Origin: a virus
Taxonomy: Duplodnaviria; Caudoviricetes
Virus record (IMG/VR): IMGVR_UViG_3300032007_001727
Length of the DNA stretch: 64,000 bases
Direction: 5' to 3' (one strand)
Part shown: positions 50,134 to 59,838 of the stretch, in pieces
How the letters are laid out: each line of letters begins with the position of its first letter
How positions within the stretch are numbered: position 1 is the stretch's first letter
Position numbers and translations under genes: made by a program
Notes under the pieces: generated by a model
Told to the model about the DNA's origin: nothing
Databases searched by the model: none
What the model saw: only the letters and a program-made list of their open reading frames with translations

Positions 50134-50728
50134 GGCTAATCACTTCAAAGAAATTATCATCATTTATTATATCAGTTAACTTATCATAGTTCAAGAATGC
50201 CTTGTCCTTGACATCCGCGTTAAATGGTCTGTTAATTAGAATCACCTTCTTACCATTTGGGACCTCGTGTTCAAAAATCTCATTGTTTGCCGTAATAATA
50301 ACGTCACATTCATCCCAAAGTTCTTCCACGTTTTGCGGAAACACCACCTTTCTGACCCTCGTACCTATCTTGCTTAGGAAGAAGTATGTGGACTGAATTG
50401 TCAACGCCTCTTCATGTAGGCTGTAAAACATGATTCTGATATCCTTGTCTTCAATATTTGAAATATCTGTCAACCAATTGGTTATATCAATCGATAATCC
50501 CCTTTCCATTGTCTGCGCACACCCAAATATCTCATATGGATAAGATTCATAGATAAATGTGCTCATTTCATGTTTGCTATTAAACTTTGCGAAATGTTTT
50601 AACACGTCATCGTCAGTATCAACCTCATCCAAGTCAACATCTTGCGCATATTCCTTTATGTAATACTTCGCAATCTGTTTGTTAATATTCCTAACGACGT
50701 GATTTAATTCTATTCCGATTGTAATCAT
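50126..50728 (-). CDS. HAD-fold 5'(3')-deoxyribonucleotidase-like protein (degenerate motif I)
   Basis: TIGIELNHVVRN; ILINRPFN C-terminal motif. Confidence 0.5.
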   Translation of the reverse strand: MITIGIELNHVVRNINKQIAKYYIKEYAQDVDLDEVDTDDDVLKHFAKFNSKHEMSTFIYESYPYEIFGCAQTMERGLSIDITNWLTDISNIEDKDIRIMFYSLHEEALTIQSTYFFLSKIGTRVRKVVFPQNVEELWDECDVIITANNEIFEHEVPNGKKVILINRPFNADVKDKAFLNYDKLTDIINDDNFFEVISHE

Positions 50729-50771
50729 AAAAGTTTCTTGTTTTATTTTAGATAACGGCATGACACTTGGT

Positions 50772-50951
50772 TTATCTTATACTCTTAAGAAACGCAACCA
50801 CCTTGTCTGCCTTATCTTTATTAATCATCTTATTTTTAAATGTAAATGTTATGTCAAAGTCCTCAAAAATTGCTGTATATTCATCTTTTTTCTGTGGGAC
50901 TCTGAACAAATACCTATCGAGTATGTATCCGTATTTCACCAAATCCTCCAT
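50772..50951 (-). CDS. Small hypothetical protein (59 aa, below ORF-track cutoff)
   Basis: MEDLVKYGYILDRYLFRVPQ...FLKSIR* fills the operon gap. Confidence 0.55.
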   Translation of the reverse strand: MEDLVKYGYILDRYLFRVPQKKDEYTAIFEDFDITFTFKNKMINKDKADKVVAFLKSIR

Positions 50952-50953
50952 AT

Positions 50954-51961
50954 CTAATCTCGTTTTTCTTCTTGATTTTCAGCCATTTTTGCTTTGTTCA
51001 TACAATTTTGGCAAATGACCGCTTGACCGCTAGCCTCTTGTATGTCACCGTCATACACTGACATTTCCTTTCCACAAACAGAACAGTATCTCTTTCGCTT
51101 TACATCATTGATTCCGATGGTGTTGTTCTTCTTTTCTTTTTTGGCATACTTCTCAGCCATTGTCCTTGAATAGTATTTGGCCTCCAAGTCAAGCGGCACT
51201 CTCATATATTCATCCCAAGATAGTGTCATGAGAACTTCGTGTTCGGTTTCCCTCATTTTCTTGAACTTACTACCGTTCATGAAACTGTATGTAACCAAGT
51301 CATCCTCATTGTTTGCCTTATATGTCACAAATGAAAAATCATTGATTGAAGATGAAATTTCATTACGCTTGACCTCATGCTCGTCATTTTGGTTCTTTAA
51401 CAGTTTCATCAGTTCGTTTATGAATGGCTTGGATGCCTTGTCATACGGGTTCGCCTCTTTGCTGAAGTGCAAGGTTGTTTCAACGATGCCGTCATCCTCG
51501 TCAATCTTGACATCAACCCTAGTGGCATACTTTTCAATGTTGAATCTTACGAATGAGTTGTAGTTCATTTCAAACCGGTATTTGTCAATACCATAACTCC
51601 CTACTTGCTTCAATGTACTTAGCACTGACTGACATATATTTTCATTGTCTTGTGAGAATTTGTATTTCTTTCTGACACCCTTTGGATTCTTCTCGTTCTT
51701 GACACTTAGCCCGTTTCCAAGGTATTGGTAATCCTCAGACTTGTTGGCAACGGCGTATGTCCTATATCTTAATTCTTCAACCTCTTGTGTGACTTCACCC
51801 TTCAGCAAGTGCTTTGCAACTCTTTCATCGGACACCTCTTGGTTGAGTTCAATGCCGTTGTCATCGTTTGTTATACCCCCGGTAAGTTCTGCGTTTGCAC
51901 CCTTTAGACCAAAAGGCAACCCATAGAATATATTGAGGAAAAATCTTTTTATTTTATTCAT
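50954..51961 (-). CDS. Hypothetical protein with C-terminal Zn ribbon
   Basis: CSVC...CQNC. Confidence 0.7.
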   Translation of the reverse strand: MNKIKRFFLNIFYGLPFGLKGANAELTGGITNDDNGIELNQEVSDERVAKHLLKGEVTQEVEELRYRTYAVANKSEDYQYLGNGLSVKNEKNPKGVRKKYKFSQDNENICQSVLSTLKQVGSYGIDKYRFEMNYNSFVRFNIEKYATRVDVKIDEDDGIVETTLHFSKEANPYDKASKPFINELMKLLKNQNDEHEVKRNEISSSINDFSFVTYKANNEDDLVTYSFMNGSKFKKMRETEHEVLMTLSWDEYMRVPLDLEAKYYSRTMAEKYAKKEKKNNTIGINDVKRKRYCSVCGKEMSVYDGDIQEASGQAVICQNCMNKAKMAENQEEKRD

Positions 51962-52214
51962 ATTTGCTCATTTCATCCGTTATTTTATTAATTAAGACGC
52001 TTTGCAGTTTAATCTTATATGACACGAATTTCTGCCGGTTCTTAATCATGCCATCAATTTCCTCCGGTACCTTTTCAAAGTTCTTGTCACCGGTTGCCAA
52101 GGAATAGTTATCGGTCATCTTCACATATTCTGCACATATTTCTGAGACCATTCCATAAAGGCTGTGCAGTTCCTCCAAGGGTAAATCATTTAAGTTTTTT
52201 TTCATATTATCCAT
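51954..52214 (-). CDS. Hypothetical protein
   Basis: ORF in operon. Confidence 0.6.
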   Translation of the reverse strand: MDNMKKNLNDLPLEELHSLYGMVSEICAEYVKMTDNYSLATGDKNFEKVPEEIDGMIKNRQKFVSYKIKLQSVLINKITDEMSKYE

Positions 52215-52237
52215 TCTTCAATTTGAACTTTTGTTTT

Positions 52238-52939
52238 TTAGTGGCTTCCATTCTTTAAAACATCTATTGGGAAATACTTTTTAAACTTTTCATTTATTAT
52301 GTCTCTGTTTTTATACCAAGAATCCTTTAACTTTCCGATTGAGTTGTGCGCCAACCTTATATTGGTGGTCACACCGATTTTACATTTCTTTGCTAGTAAA
52401 TTAGCGAGACTGAAATATATGTCGTAGAAATCGAATCCATCCAATTCTCTGCTAAAGTTTTCTGCGATTCTTTGCTTGTGCAGTGCAATGAATAAGCCAT
52501 CCACTACGGCAACATCTTGCAAGTCCTTGTCCAATAGTGGTGAAAATGTCGTAAGCCAAGACTTTCCTTCGTTTCTGTGCAACACTTGACCGAATTTCTT
52601 TTCATAGTTCCACCAAGCAGCATTCTCGTCAAACTGCGCAGAACCGGCAACACCTATGATGCCATACTCTTCATGTTCATTGAAAAGCCTTAGAATTTCT
52701 GTTCCCCACCCGTTCCTTAGGAACTCAATGTCATCGTGAATCAATACGATAATATTTGTATCAATGTCCTCATTGTCAACAAGGTCTGCATATATCTTTG
52801 ACAATGATATTCCGTTCGGATTATAGACTGATATGACGTGTATGTCACAACCGCAAGTTGATTTAATATGCTTTATGAAACTTTCATTTAATTCTGTTTC
52901 CTTTCTAGAAACAAACGCAACAGTAATCTTATTTTCCAT
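52238..52939 (-). CDS. Glycosyltransferase-like (GT-A, Glyco_tranf_2_5-type)
   Basis: VLIHDDIEF, GIIGVAG, VVDGLFIA, FDFYD. Confidence 0.75.
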   Translation of the reverse strand: MENKITVAFVSRKETELNESFIKHIKSTCGCDIHVISVYNPNGISLSKIYADLVDNEDIDTNIIVLIHDDIEFLRNGWGTEILRLFNEHEEYGIIGVAGSAQFDENAAWWNYEKKFGQVLHRNEGKSWLTTFSPLLDKDLQDVAVVDGLFIALHKQRIAENFSRELDGFDFYDIYFSLANLLAKKCKIGVTTNIRLAHNSIGKLKDSWYKNRDIINEKFKKYFPIDVLKNGSH

Positions 52940-53008
52940 TTCTATATCTTTTTATAAAAAATAAAAAAATGAAACATAAAATAAATAGATAGTTTAACTT
53001 TAAATTAA

Positions 53009-53037
53009 AAAAACCTCAAGAAATTTCTTGAGGTTTT
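53009..53037. terminator. Intrinsic terminator
   Basis: AAAACCTCAAGAAA-TTTCTTGAGGTTTT. Confidence 0.7.
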
Positions 53038-53049
53038 AAGTTTTGTTTC

Positions 53050-54204
53050 TTACTTGTTTACCGCGTTTACGGCATTCTGTGAATTTATTATGACATTTGC
53101 TTGCTCCTTAAATTGATTTAAAGTTGCGCTGTTTGTATATGACATTGCAGAGCGCAGATAGTCAGTAAAGTTTTCAACCCATGTCTTCATTGAATACTCA
53201 ACATCCAATGTTTTTTTCAGACCTTCACTTGTCTTTGTCTTTGAACCGTTCAATGCAATCTGTCCTTCCCTTGATGCCATACCGTAGAATACCGCCTTTA
53301 CACTGCCTAGGAACACTCTGTTTCCGTTCAATTTGCCTTCCCAGGTCCCATTCTCAGTCTGTCTTATATCGGTGAAATCACTGAATTTCGTGGCCATTGG
53401 CATACTACTTGGAACCCTAATGTTGTGGTCGACCCCGTTCCATGTCTTAGGCGCTGCCGACTCTATCATTTTCGCAAAGACACTGCCGACCATTACGTAG
53501 TCTGCACCCAATGCCAACGCCTTTATAATGTCGGAATAGTTCCTAATTCCTCCGTCAGCAATAATCTTTGGCAGGGTATTCTCGTCACACTCCCATTTTT
53601 GTGCAATACTCTTTTTGAACTCATATATGCTGTCTATCAACGAAGCCATTGGCATATGTATTCCGGTATTTGAAGTGCTGAGGCATCCACAACCGCCACC
53701 TATACCGCAACGGACATATTGGAATCCGCTTTTTGCATATTCTGCGTATGTTTCCGGGTTGGCGATATTGCCGCCCATGAGTATTAGGTCATCGCCATAC
53801 ATCGCCTTTGCTTCCTTGGCTAAATCAAACAAGCACCCCATATGGCCGTTTGCAACATCAATCAGAACCTTCATCTTGTCTGTTGGACGGATTAGGTTCT
53901 TCTTGTCACAGAACACATTTTGGAACTCAGAAAGGGAATACGCCGACCAACCACCTAGTGTTGAATTGTGTATCCTGCTTCCGAGTTCAACTGTTCTTGG
54001 AAGTATTGAATTAATCTTTTCATCCTCAAAGAGCAAAAAGTTTCTTTCATCCACGACTGTGTTCATCGGAGCGGTAAACAACGGCAGCATATTATCCTCA
54101 TTGAACGGATTACACTCGTTCCTATGGCATATTGTGCTAGAAACTGCCGGAAGTATCGTCACATCGTTGTATGTATAGAATATCTTATCCTTGATTAAAC
54201 CCAT
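53050..54204 (-). CDS. GMP reductase / IMP dehydrogenase family
   Basis: TAPMNTV, IDVANGH, GGNIA, GIGGGCGC, IIADGGI, ALGADYVMVG, YGMAS, LRSAMSY. Confidence 0.88.
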   Translation of the reverse strand: MGLIKDKIFYTYNDVTILPAVSSTICHRNECNPFNEDNMLPLFTAPMNTVVDERNFLLFEDEKINSILPRTVELGSRIHNSTLGGWSAYSLSEFQNVFCDKKNLIRPTDKMKVLIDVANGHMGCLFDLAKEAKAMYGDDLILMGGNIANPETYAEYAKSGFQYVRCGIGGGCGCLSTSNTGIHMPMASLIDSIYEFKKSIAQKWECDENTLPKIIADGGIRNYSDIIKALALGADYVMVGSVFAKMIESAAPKTWNGVDHNIRVPSSMPMATKFSDFTDIRQTENGTWEGKLNGNRVFLGSVKAVFYGMASREGQIALNGSKTKTSEGLKKTLDVEYSMKTWVENFTDYLRSAMSYTNSATLNQFKEQANVIINSQNAVNAVNK

Positions 54205-54206
54205 AA

Positions 54207-54773
54207 TTATTTATTTTTGTTGATTGTCAAATAAGTTAGTTCACTCGCTTGTCTCACGATTGAAGCCATTACGCTAGAATGCCATCTAGACTGCTCGTCC
54301 GTTAGGTCGCGGTCGTTGATTGTCATTGCCTCTGCTTCACTTTCAGTGAATTTTATTCCACAATTTTCACAAATTATGAGTGAATGGAGTCCGGTTCGTA
54401 TTGAGGGCAATGAATTGTCATACTTGTATGACAACATTCTCTTTTCAATCTCCCATTGGTTATCGTTTGGAATGAGTCTTACTGCTTTTGCTATCTGATG
54501 CAATAAGCAAACCTTAACTAGTGTGTTTTTGTCAACTTTAACTTCCTCCGGAAGTAATTCATTGACTTTAACGGCATAGGGTGTTAAGGTTTTTAGGATA
54601 ATTTCCAATAATGAACCTTCATAGGCGTTTCCAAACTCGTTTGAAACAGTAAAACTGCCATTTTTTAATTGTGTTGAAAACTTTTCCTTTAATTCATCAA
54701 CATCTACACCCAATTGTGATAATTTTTGAAAAAATAAATTTAAATTTTTTTCTTTAACTTCTTCTGTAATCAT
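54207..54773 (-). CDS. HD-fold-like protein (degenerate)
   Basis: AYEGSL...VCLLHQIAK pattern. Confidence 0.5.
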   Translation of the reverse strand: MITEEVKEKNLNLFFQKLSQLGVDVDELKEKFSTQLKNGSFTVSNEFGNAYEGSLLEIILKTLTPYAVKVNELLPEEVKVDKNTLVKVCLLHQIAKAVRLIPNDNQWEIEKRMLSYKYDNSLPSIRTGLHSLIICENCGIKFTESEAEAMTINDRDLTDEQSRWHSSVMASIVRQASELTYLTINKNK

Positions 54774-54791
54774 AATTTTTTCTCTTTTTTG

Positions 54792-54823
54792 CAAAGATAT
54801 ATAAAAAATGTTAAAAAAACAAA
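54792..54823 (-). promoter_or_regulatory. Bacteroidota sigmaA-type promoter
   Basis: TTTG-N20-TATCTTTG, almost identical to the 7115 promoter. Confidence 0.75.
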
Positions 54824-54904
54824 AAAAATCTATAAAAAAACATAATTTTATAGATATATTATTTTGAAAAATATAATATATCTATAAATATATTATAAAT
54901 AAAT

Positions 54905-54964
54905 AGATATTTTAAATAAAATATAGATATTTTATTTAAAATATTTATATTTTATTTAAAATAT
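54905..54964. repeat. 3 x 20-bp tandem units, each containing the palindrome ATATTTTA-NN-TAAAATAT
   Basis: Read directly from the sequence. Confidence 0.8.
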
Positions 54965-55075
54965 ATTTTATATTTTAAATTTATAATTGCAGAAAAATGC
55001 AATCATAAATTTAAGTTTTTTTGTGATTTTTTGACAATAAGTAGATATTTATTGTAAATAAATATTAAGAAAATT

Positions 55076-58000
55076 ATGGGTAACAGAAATAGAATTTTAC
55101 AGCCTTACGGTTATATAGAAGAAAACAAGTTTTCTAGTGAACCGTCTATGATTTGTGAAGCCATTAGTGGAATAAGTGGCGGAGGTGGTGGAAGTGAAGA
55201 GAAAATAGAAGATATTCTCAATAAAGCATTCTACTACGTAAGCAAGGGTGATAATAAATATAAGTTCTTCAATTCACACATGGGAGAGGTTGCTTCTGTT
55301 GACTATCCTTATGCAATAGAATCGATAACCTATGACGATGAGACCAAGGAGGTTATAATCACCTTCGAGGGTGGGGAAGAACCTATCAGAGTATCGTTGG
55401 AGGACTTGGTTTCAGACTTGTCCGACATGGTAAATGAGGAAGCATCTGAGAGAGTTGAGGCAGATGGTGAGATTTGGGATGAAATAAGTGGAATCAACGA
55501 AAGCATATCCTCGTTGACTGAAGATGTGTCCGGGTTAACCCAAGACATTGAAACAGAGAAGAATGAAAGGGAGGAAGCAGACCAAGACATTATCGATTTA
55601 ATCGATGAAGAGGCTGTTCAACGTGAGCAGAGCGACGATGAATTGGACGCAAAGATTTCTCAAGAAAAGGACGAAAGAGTTGAAGAGGAAGGTAGGATAT
55701 GGGAAGCCATCAGTAGCATTACGCCTAGCGGTGAAACAATACTTGAACTCCTCAACCAAGAGATTGAAAACAGAGAACAAGGTGATAATGACCTCCGTGA
55801 TGCACTCAATGAGGAAATTCAAAACAGAACAAGCGCAGACACGGAAGAAAAGAACGCAAGGGAGGAAGCCGACAACGCACTCTCTGACGCACTTGCAGAG
55901 GAAAAGGCTCAACGCGAAAGCGGAGATACTGCATTGAACGGAAGACTTGATGAAGAGATTCAAGCCCGTGAAGATGGTGACAACGCATTGGGTCAGAGAA
56001 TTGACTCGGAAGCCTCAGAGAGACAAGACGCTGACTCTCAACTTGAAGACAAAATCAATGAGGAGAAGGGCGAAAGAGAGGAAAGTATAAGTGCCTTGGA
56101 GAATGAACTCAACGACGCAATACTTGCAGAGAAGAACGAAAGAATCAGTGCCGACAGTGAAATCAATTCCGCATTAGAGGAGGAAAAGATTGAAAGAAGC
56201 AGAGAGGACGGCAGGATTGAAGGTCTTATAAGCGGTGAAGAAAGAGAGAGGGAAAATGCAGACGAGGCATTGAGGCAAGAAATAGAGAGGGAGGCAATGT
56301 ATCGCTCTTCCGCAGATACTGTCATTTCTGCTTCAGTCAACACTGAAAGGGCAGAGAGAATGGCAAAGGATTCTGAAATTCTGTCGGCATTGACGAATGA
56401 ATCGCAAGCAAGGGCGGAAAAAGACCTTGAACTCGACACCAAGATTAACAATAACAAGGTTGCAATCCATAAGGTTACAACGTCATTGCCTACAAATGTC
56501 AAGGAGGCATTTGAACTTAAGAACACCCTTGGTGAAGTTCTTGGTGACAGAATAAACATTTATAAGGATTCTTCACTCAAGAACGTTGAATTGGTTTATT
56601 CACATGACGGTGTTACCGGTCAGTTCTTGAAGTTTACGTACACTTTGGAGGACGGTACGGAAAAGGTAGAATATGTGAATATGTCCGAATTCTTGGTTCA
56701 AGCAGAATTCAAGGATGGCCTCGTTGTCAATAACGCGGGTGAGGTTAGAGTGAAGGTTTCACCTTCTTCTGAATCATACTTGACGGTATCCACCAATGGA
56801 ATAAGCGTCAATGGCATTGATTTGATAAACGAAAACTTGGATGCTGAGGCTAGAAGCCGCGAGAACGGTGACACGAACCTAAATTCTCTTATCGTATCTG
56901 AAAGGGCCGCTAGAATCAGTGGTGATACTGAAAATACTAGGAATTTAAATGCTGAGATAGAGACTAGGGAATCCGCCGATTCTGATTTGGCCACAAGGAT
57001 AAACAATGAGAGGGACGCTAGGCAAATGAGTGACAGAAACCTCCAAGACCAAATAAGTGTTGAGGCAAATGACAGAAGCGCTGCTGATACGACCCTTAAT
57101 AATGAGATTAACACATTGTCATTAAGTCTTTCATCAGAGGAAAGCAGCAGGATTGCTAGCGACAACCAACTTCAAAATGAAATCAATCAACTCAAGACGG
57201 TTGATACCCAATTGAGTGGAAAGACAATTACTCTTGAAAATGCAATTTCAGCGGAATCCAACACTAGGTCTGAGGAAGATGCGGCAATAAGGCTTGTATT
57301 GAATACAAAGGCAAATTCGGCTGATGTATATTATAAGACCGACGTAGACAGTATTTTTGCAAAGAAGACAGAAATTCCAACCGATTTCTATTCAAGGTCA
57401 GAGGTTGATGCAAAGGATAGAACCATATCCAATTCCATAGAGGCAGAGACATCATCTAGGGAAATTGCCGATGCAGAGTTGGAGAGGAAAATTTCGGCAG
57501 AGAAGACACAACGTGAGTCAAGAGACGAGACACTTCAAGACAATATTGACATACTCTCCTCACAGATTGATTCCAAGGTAAGCGGTGTTTCTTCATCCAA
57601 TGCTTCCATAACAGTTGACAATACTCATCCTAGGTCACCTATGATAAAGGCCAATATCAGTTCAGAGAACGGACAGATAATCAAGTTGAACGGTGACGGC
57701 TTATATGCCAAGGCAGAGTTGACATACAACGAGGAGAACAATGTGTTGAACTTTACCAATACAAACGGAACCTCTACTATAGAACTCAAGACCAAGTCTC
57801 AGATTGACAATATATACTATGACAAGCCAAACGAGGAGATTGTAATCGAATATACCGTCAATGGAAGCCGGAAGGAAGACGTGAGAGTTCCGGTTGGTGA
57901 CTTGATAGAGGAATGGAGGACAGAGGACGGAAACGTCGGTGCAATACAACTCATCAAGGAAAGGAATGTGTCTAGTGAGGATGTCCTCAAGGCTAGGCTT

Positions 58001-58216
58001 GTGTTGAACACCGTACACGATGACAATATCGCCGTCATAGACGATAATGCGCTGTATGTGTCAAAGAATGCGTTACTTAGTGAATTACACGCAGAGATAG
58101 CAGCGTTAGAGGCTAGGATTGCAGCACTTGAGTCATCAAACGGCACAAACTCGCACGGTCTAAACACCGACAGCACAATTCAAGACTTGATTGATTATGT
58201 CGATAATCAGCCCTAA
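55076..58216 (+). CDS. Long coiled-coil fibre-like virion protein
   Basis: Many ExxxRxxxDxxL repeats; late motif at 55045. Confidence 0.65.
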   Translation: MGNRNRILQPYGYIEENKFSSEPSMICEAISGISGGGGGSEEKIEDILNKAFYYVSKGDNKYKFFNSHMGEVASVDYPYAIESITYDDETKEVIITFEGGEEPIRVSLEDLVSDLSDMVNEEASERVEADGEIWDEISGINESISSLTEDVSGLTQDIETEKNEREEADQDIIDLIDEEAVQREQSDDELDAKISQEKDERVEEEGRIWEAISSITPSGETILELLNQEIENREQGDNDLRDALNEEIQNRTSADTEEKNAREEADNALSDALAEEKAQRESGDTALNGRLDEEIQAREDGDNALGQRIDSEASERQDADSQLEDKINEEKGEREESISALENELNDAILAEKNERISADSEINSALEEEKIERSREDGRIEGLISGEERERENADEALRQEIEREAMYRSSADTVISASVNTERAERMAKDSEILSALTNESQARAEKDLELDTKINNNKVAIHKVTTSLPTNVKEAFELKNTLGEVLGDRINIYKDSSLKNVELVYSHDGVTGQFLKFTYTLEDGTEKVEYVNMSEFLVQAEFKDGLVVNNAGEVRVKVSPSSESYLTVSTNGISVNGIDLINENLDAEARSRENGDTNLNSLIVSERAARISGDTENTRNLNAEIETRESADSDLATRINNERDARQMSDRNLQDQISVEANDRSAADTTLNNEINTLSLSLSSEESSRIASDNQLQNEINQLKTVDTQLSGKTITLENAISAESNTRSEEDAAIRLVLNTKANSADVYYKTDVDSIFAKKTEIPTDFYSRSEVDAKDRTISNSIEAETSSREIADAELERKISAEKTQRESRDETLQDNIDILSSQIDSKVSGVSSSNASITVDNTHPRSPMIKANISSENGQIIKLNGDGLYAKAELTYNEENNVLNFTNTNGTSTIELKTKSQIDNIYYDKPNEEIVIEYTVNGSRKEDVRVPVGDLIEEWRTEDGNVGAIQLIKERNVSSEDVLKARLVLNTVHDDNIAVIDDNALYVSKNALLSELHAEIAALEARIAALESSNGTNSHGLNTDSTIQDLIDYVDNQP

Positions 58217-58221
58217 AAAAT

Positions 58222-58250
58222 AAATAAGCCTCAGAAATGAGGCTTATTTT
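58222..58250 (+). terminator. Intrinsic terminator
   Basis: AAATAAGCCTCA-GAAA-TGAGGCTTATTT. Confidence 0.8.
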
Positions 58251-58287
58251 GGTTTTAAGCGATATTTATATGTAAAAAATAGGTAAC

Positions 58288-59781
58288 ATGATTTTTAAGA
58301 CATATATAAGCAAGTTTAATACGATTGTTTCAAATTCAAAGATAAACACCGGCCTAAATCCGGTCGCTGAGATAATTCGAGGTCGTGATTTCATCATATC
58401 TAGGTCTTTAATCTATTTCGACCATAACAAGGTAAAGGAAATGATAGACAACGGAATCATGCCGAACATGAACAAGATGACACACACCTTGAACATTACA
58501 AATGGCGGCTCAACAGACAATACAAGCCTGCATGACTGCGGCACGAGCCTATTCAACGACAACAAGAAAATTAGGGCCGCATCGTTTGACTTGATTTTCT
58601 TCCTCATACCCAAGCCATGGGATAGGGGAAAGGGTTTCGACTATACGAAAACCTACTTAAACGTGGGATATTATTCTCCGACTCCGATTGACCCGACTAG
58701 GCTAATATCTGAGCAAGGGAGCAATTGGTTTAACCGTGAGAACGGCCTTCCTTGGGACGAGGAGGGAGTATATTCCAATGATACATTGTCGAAGGAATAT
58801 GACAAATGGGCTTGCGGAGAGGAGTCGATAGTCATAGGTAGGCAACATTTTGACTATGGCAATGAAAATATTTCATTGGACATCACAAGCACGTTCAACA
58901 AGTTCATTACCGGCGAACTTGAAAACAACGGAATAGGCATAGCGTTCTCTCCGTTGTTGGAATCAACCGACGATGAATACGAACAATACGTATCACTGTT
59001 GACGGACAAGACAAATACGTTCTTTGAACCGTTCGTTGAAACAAGATACGATGATGTCATATCGGATGACCGCAGCAATTTCGTGTTGAACAAAAGGAAC
59101 AAACTCTATTTGTATTGTACAATAGGGGACCATTTGGATGACTTGGATAATCTACCAAAGGTAACCATAACGGACTCCAATGACGAAATAGTTAAGGGTT
59201 CGGACGGTGAAGAACTCAAGGACATCGAGGCAAAAAGGTTCTCAAGGGGCGTATATTACATAGACTTGCTTTTACAGAAAAAGGATTTTGAACCAAACAC
59301 AATGCTCTATGACACGTGGGACGGACTCTCGTACCAAGGCGTTGAACTTGAGCCGTCGGAATTGGATTTTGTATTAAAGGACACACCGAATTTCTTTAAT
59401 ATCGGCAACTCATTGGAGACATCCGACGTTACGTTCACCCCGTCAATAGGCGGAATAAAGGAAAACGAAGAAATTCTTAGGGGTGATGTCAGAAAACTTT
59501 CGATATTAACCGTTGAGACCTACTCAACGAACACGATAAGATTAATTGACGAGATTTATATCAGATTGTATGTAAAGGATGGAATAAGCGAGATTGACGT
59601 AATTTCTTGGGATAAGGTAAACAAGACGTTTTATGATAATTTTTATTTGTTGGACACAAGCATTCTAATACCTCAGAAGTATTATGTTGACATTAAGGTC
59701 AAGTATGGAATGAACTCTATGACATACAGCAACATTTTAAGTTTTAAGATAGCAAATGACGTTAAGGATAAGTATCATTGA
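58288..59781 (+). CDS. Hypothetical virion protein
   Basis: 497-aa ORF; late motif at 58262. Confidence 0.7.
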   Translation: MIFKTYISKFNTIVSNSKINTGLNPVAEIIRGRDFIISRSLIYFDHNKVKEMIDNGIMPNMNKMTHTLNITNGGSTDNTSLHDCGTSLFNDNKKIRAASFDLIFFLIPKPWDRGKGFDYTKTYLNVGYYSPTPIDPTRLISEQGSNWFNRENGLPWDEEGVYSNDTLSKEYDKWACGEESIVIGRQHFDYGNENISLDITSTFNKFITGELENNGIGIAFSPLLESTDDEYEQYVSLLTDKTNTFFEPFVETRYDDVISDDRSNFVLNKRNKLYLYCTIGDHLDDLDNLPKVTITDSNDEIVKGSDGEELKDIEAKRFSRGVYYIDLLLQKKDFEPNTMLYDTWDGLSYQGVELEPSELDFVLKDTPNFFNIGNSLETSDVTFTPSIGGIKENEEILRGDVRKLSILTVETYSTNTIRLIDEIYIRLYVKDGISEIDVISWDKVNKTFYDNFYLLDTSILIPQKYYVDIKVKYGMNSMTYSNILSFKIANDVKDKYH

Positions 59782-59802
59782 ATTTAAATCACAGAAAATG
59801 AG

Positions 59803-59832
59803 AACGGCAACACAATTAAGTGCTGCCGTTTT
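59803..59832. terminator. Bidirectional terminator
   Basis: AACGGCAACAC...GTGCTGCCGTT. Confidence 0.65.
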
Positions 59833-59838
59833 TTATTG

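Noticed and set aside
19189-57165. Ser-rich antisense ORFs (e.g. 19189, 20337, 33910, 36182, 56038, 56698)
   Set aside because: They are reverse-strand shadows of acidic or highly biased genes, with no independent signals.
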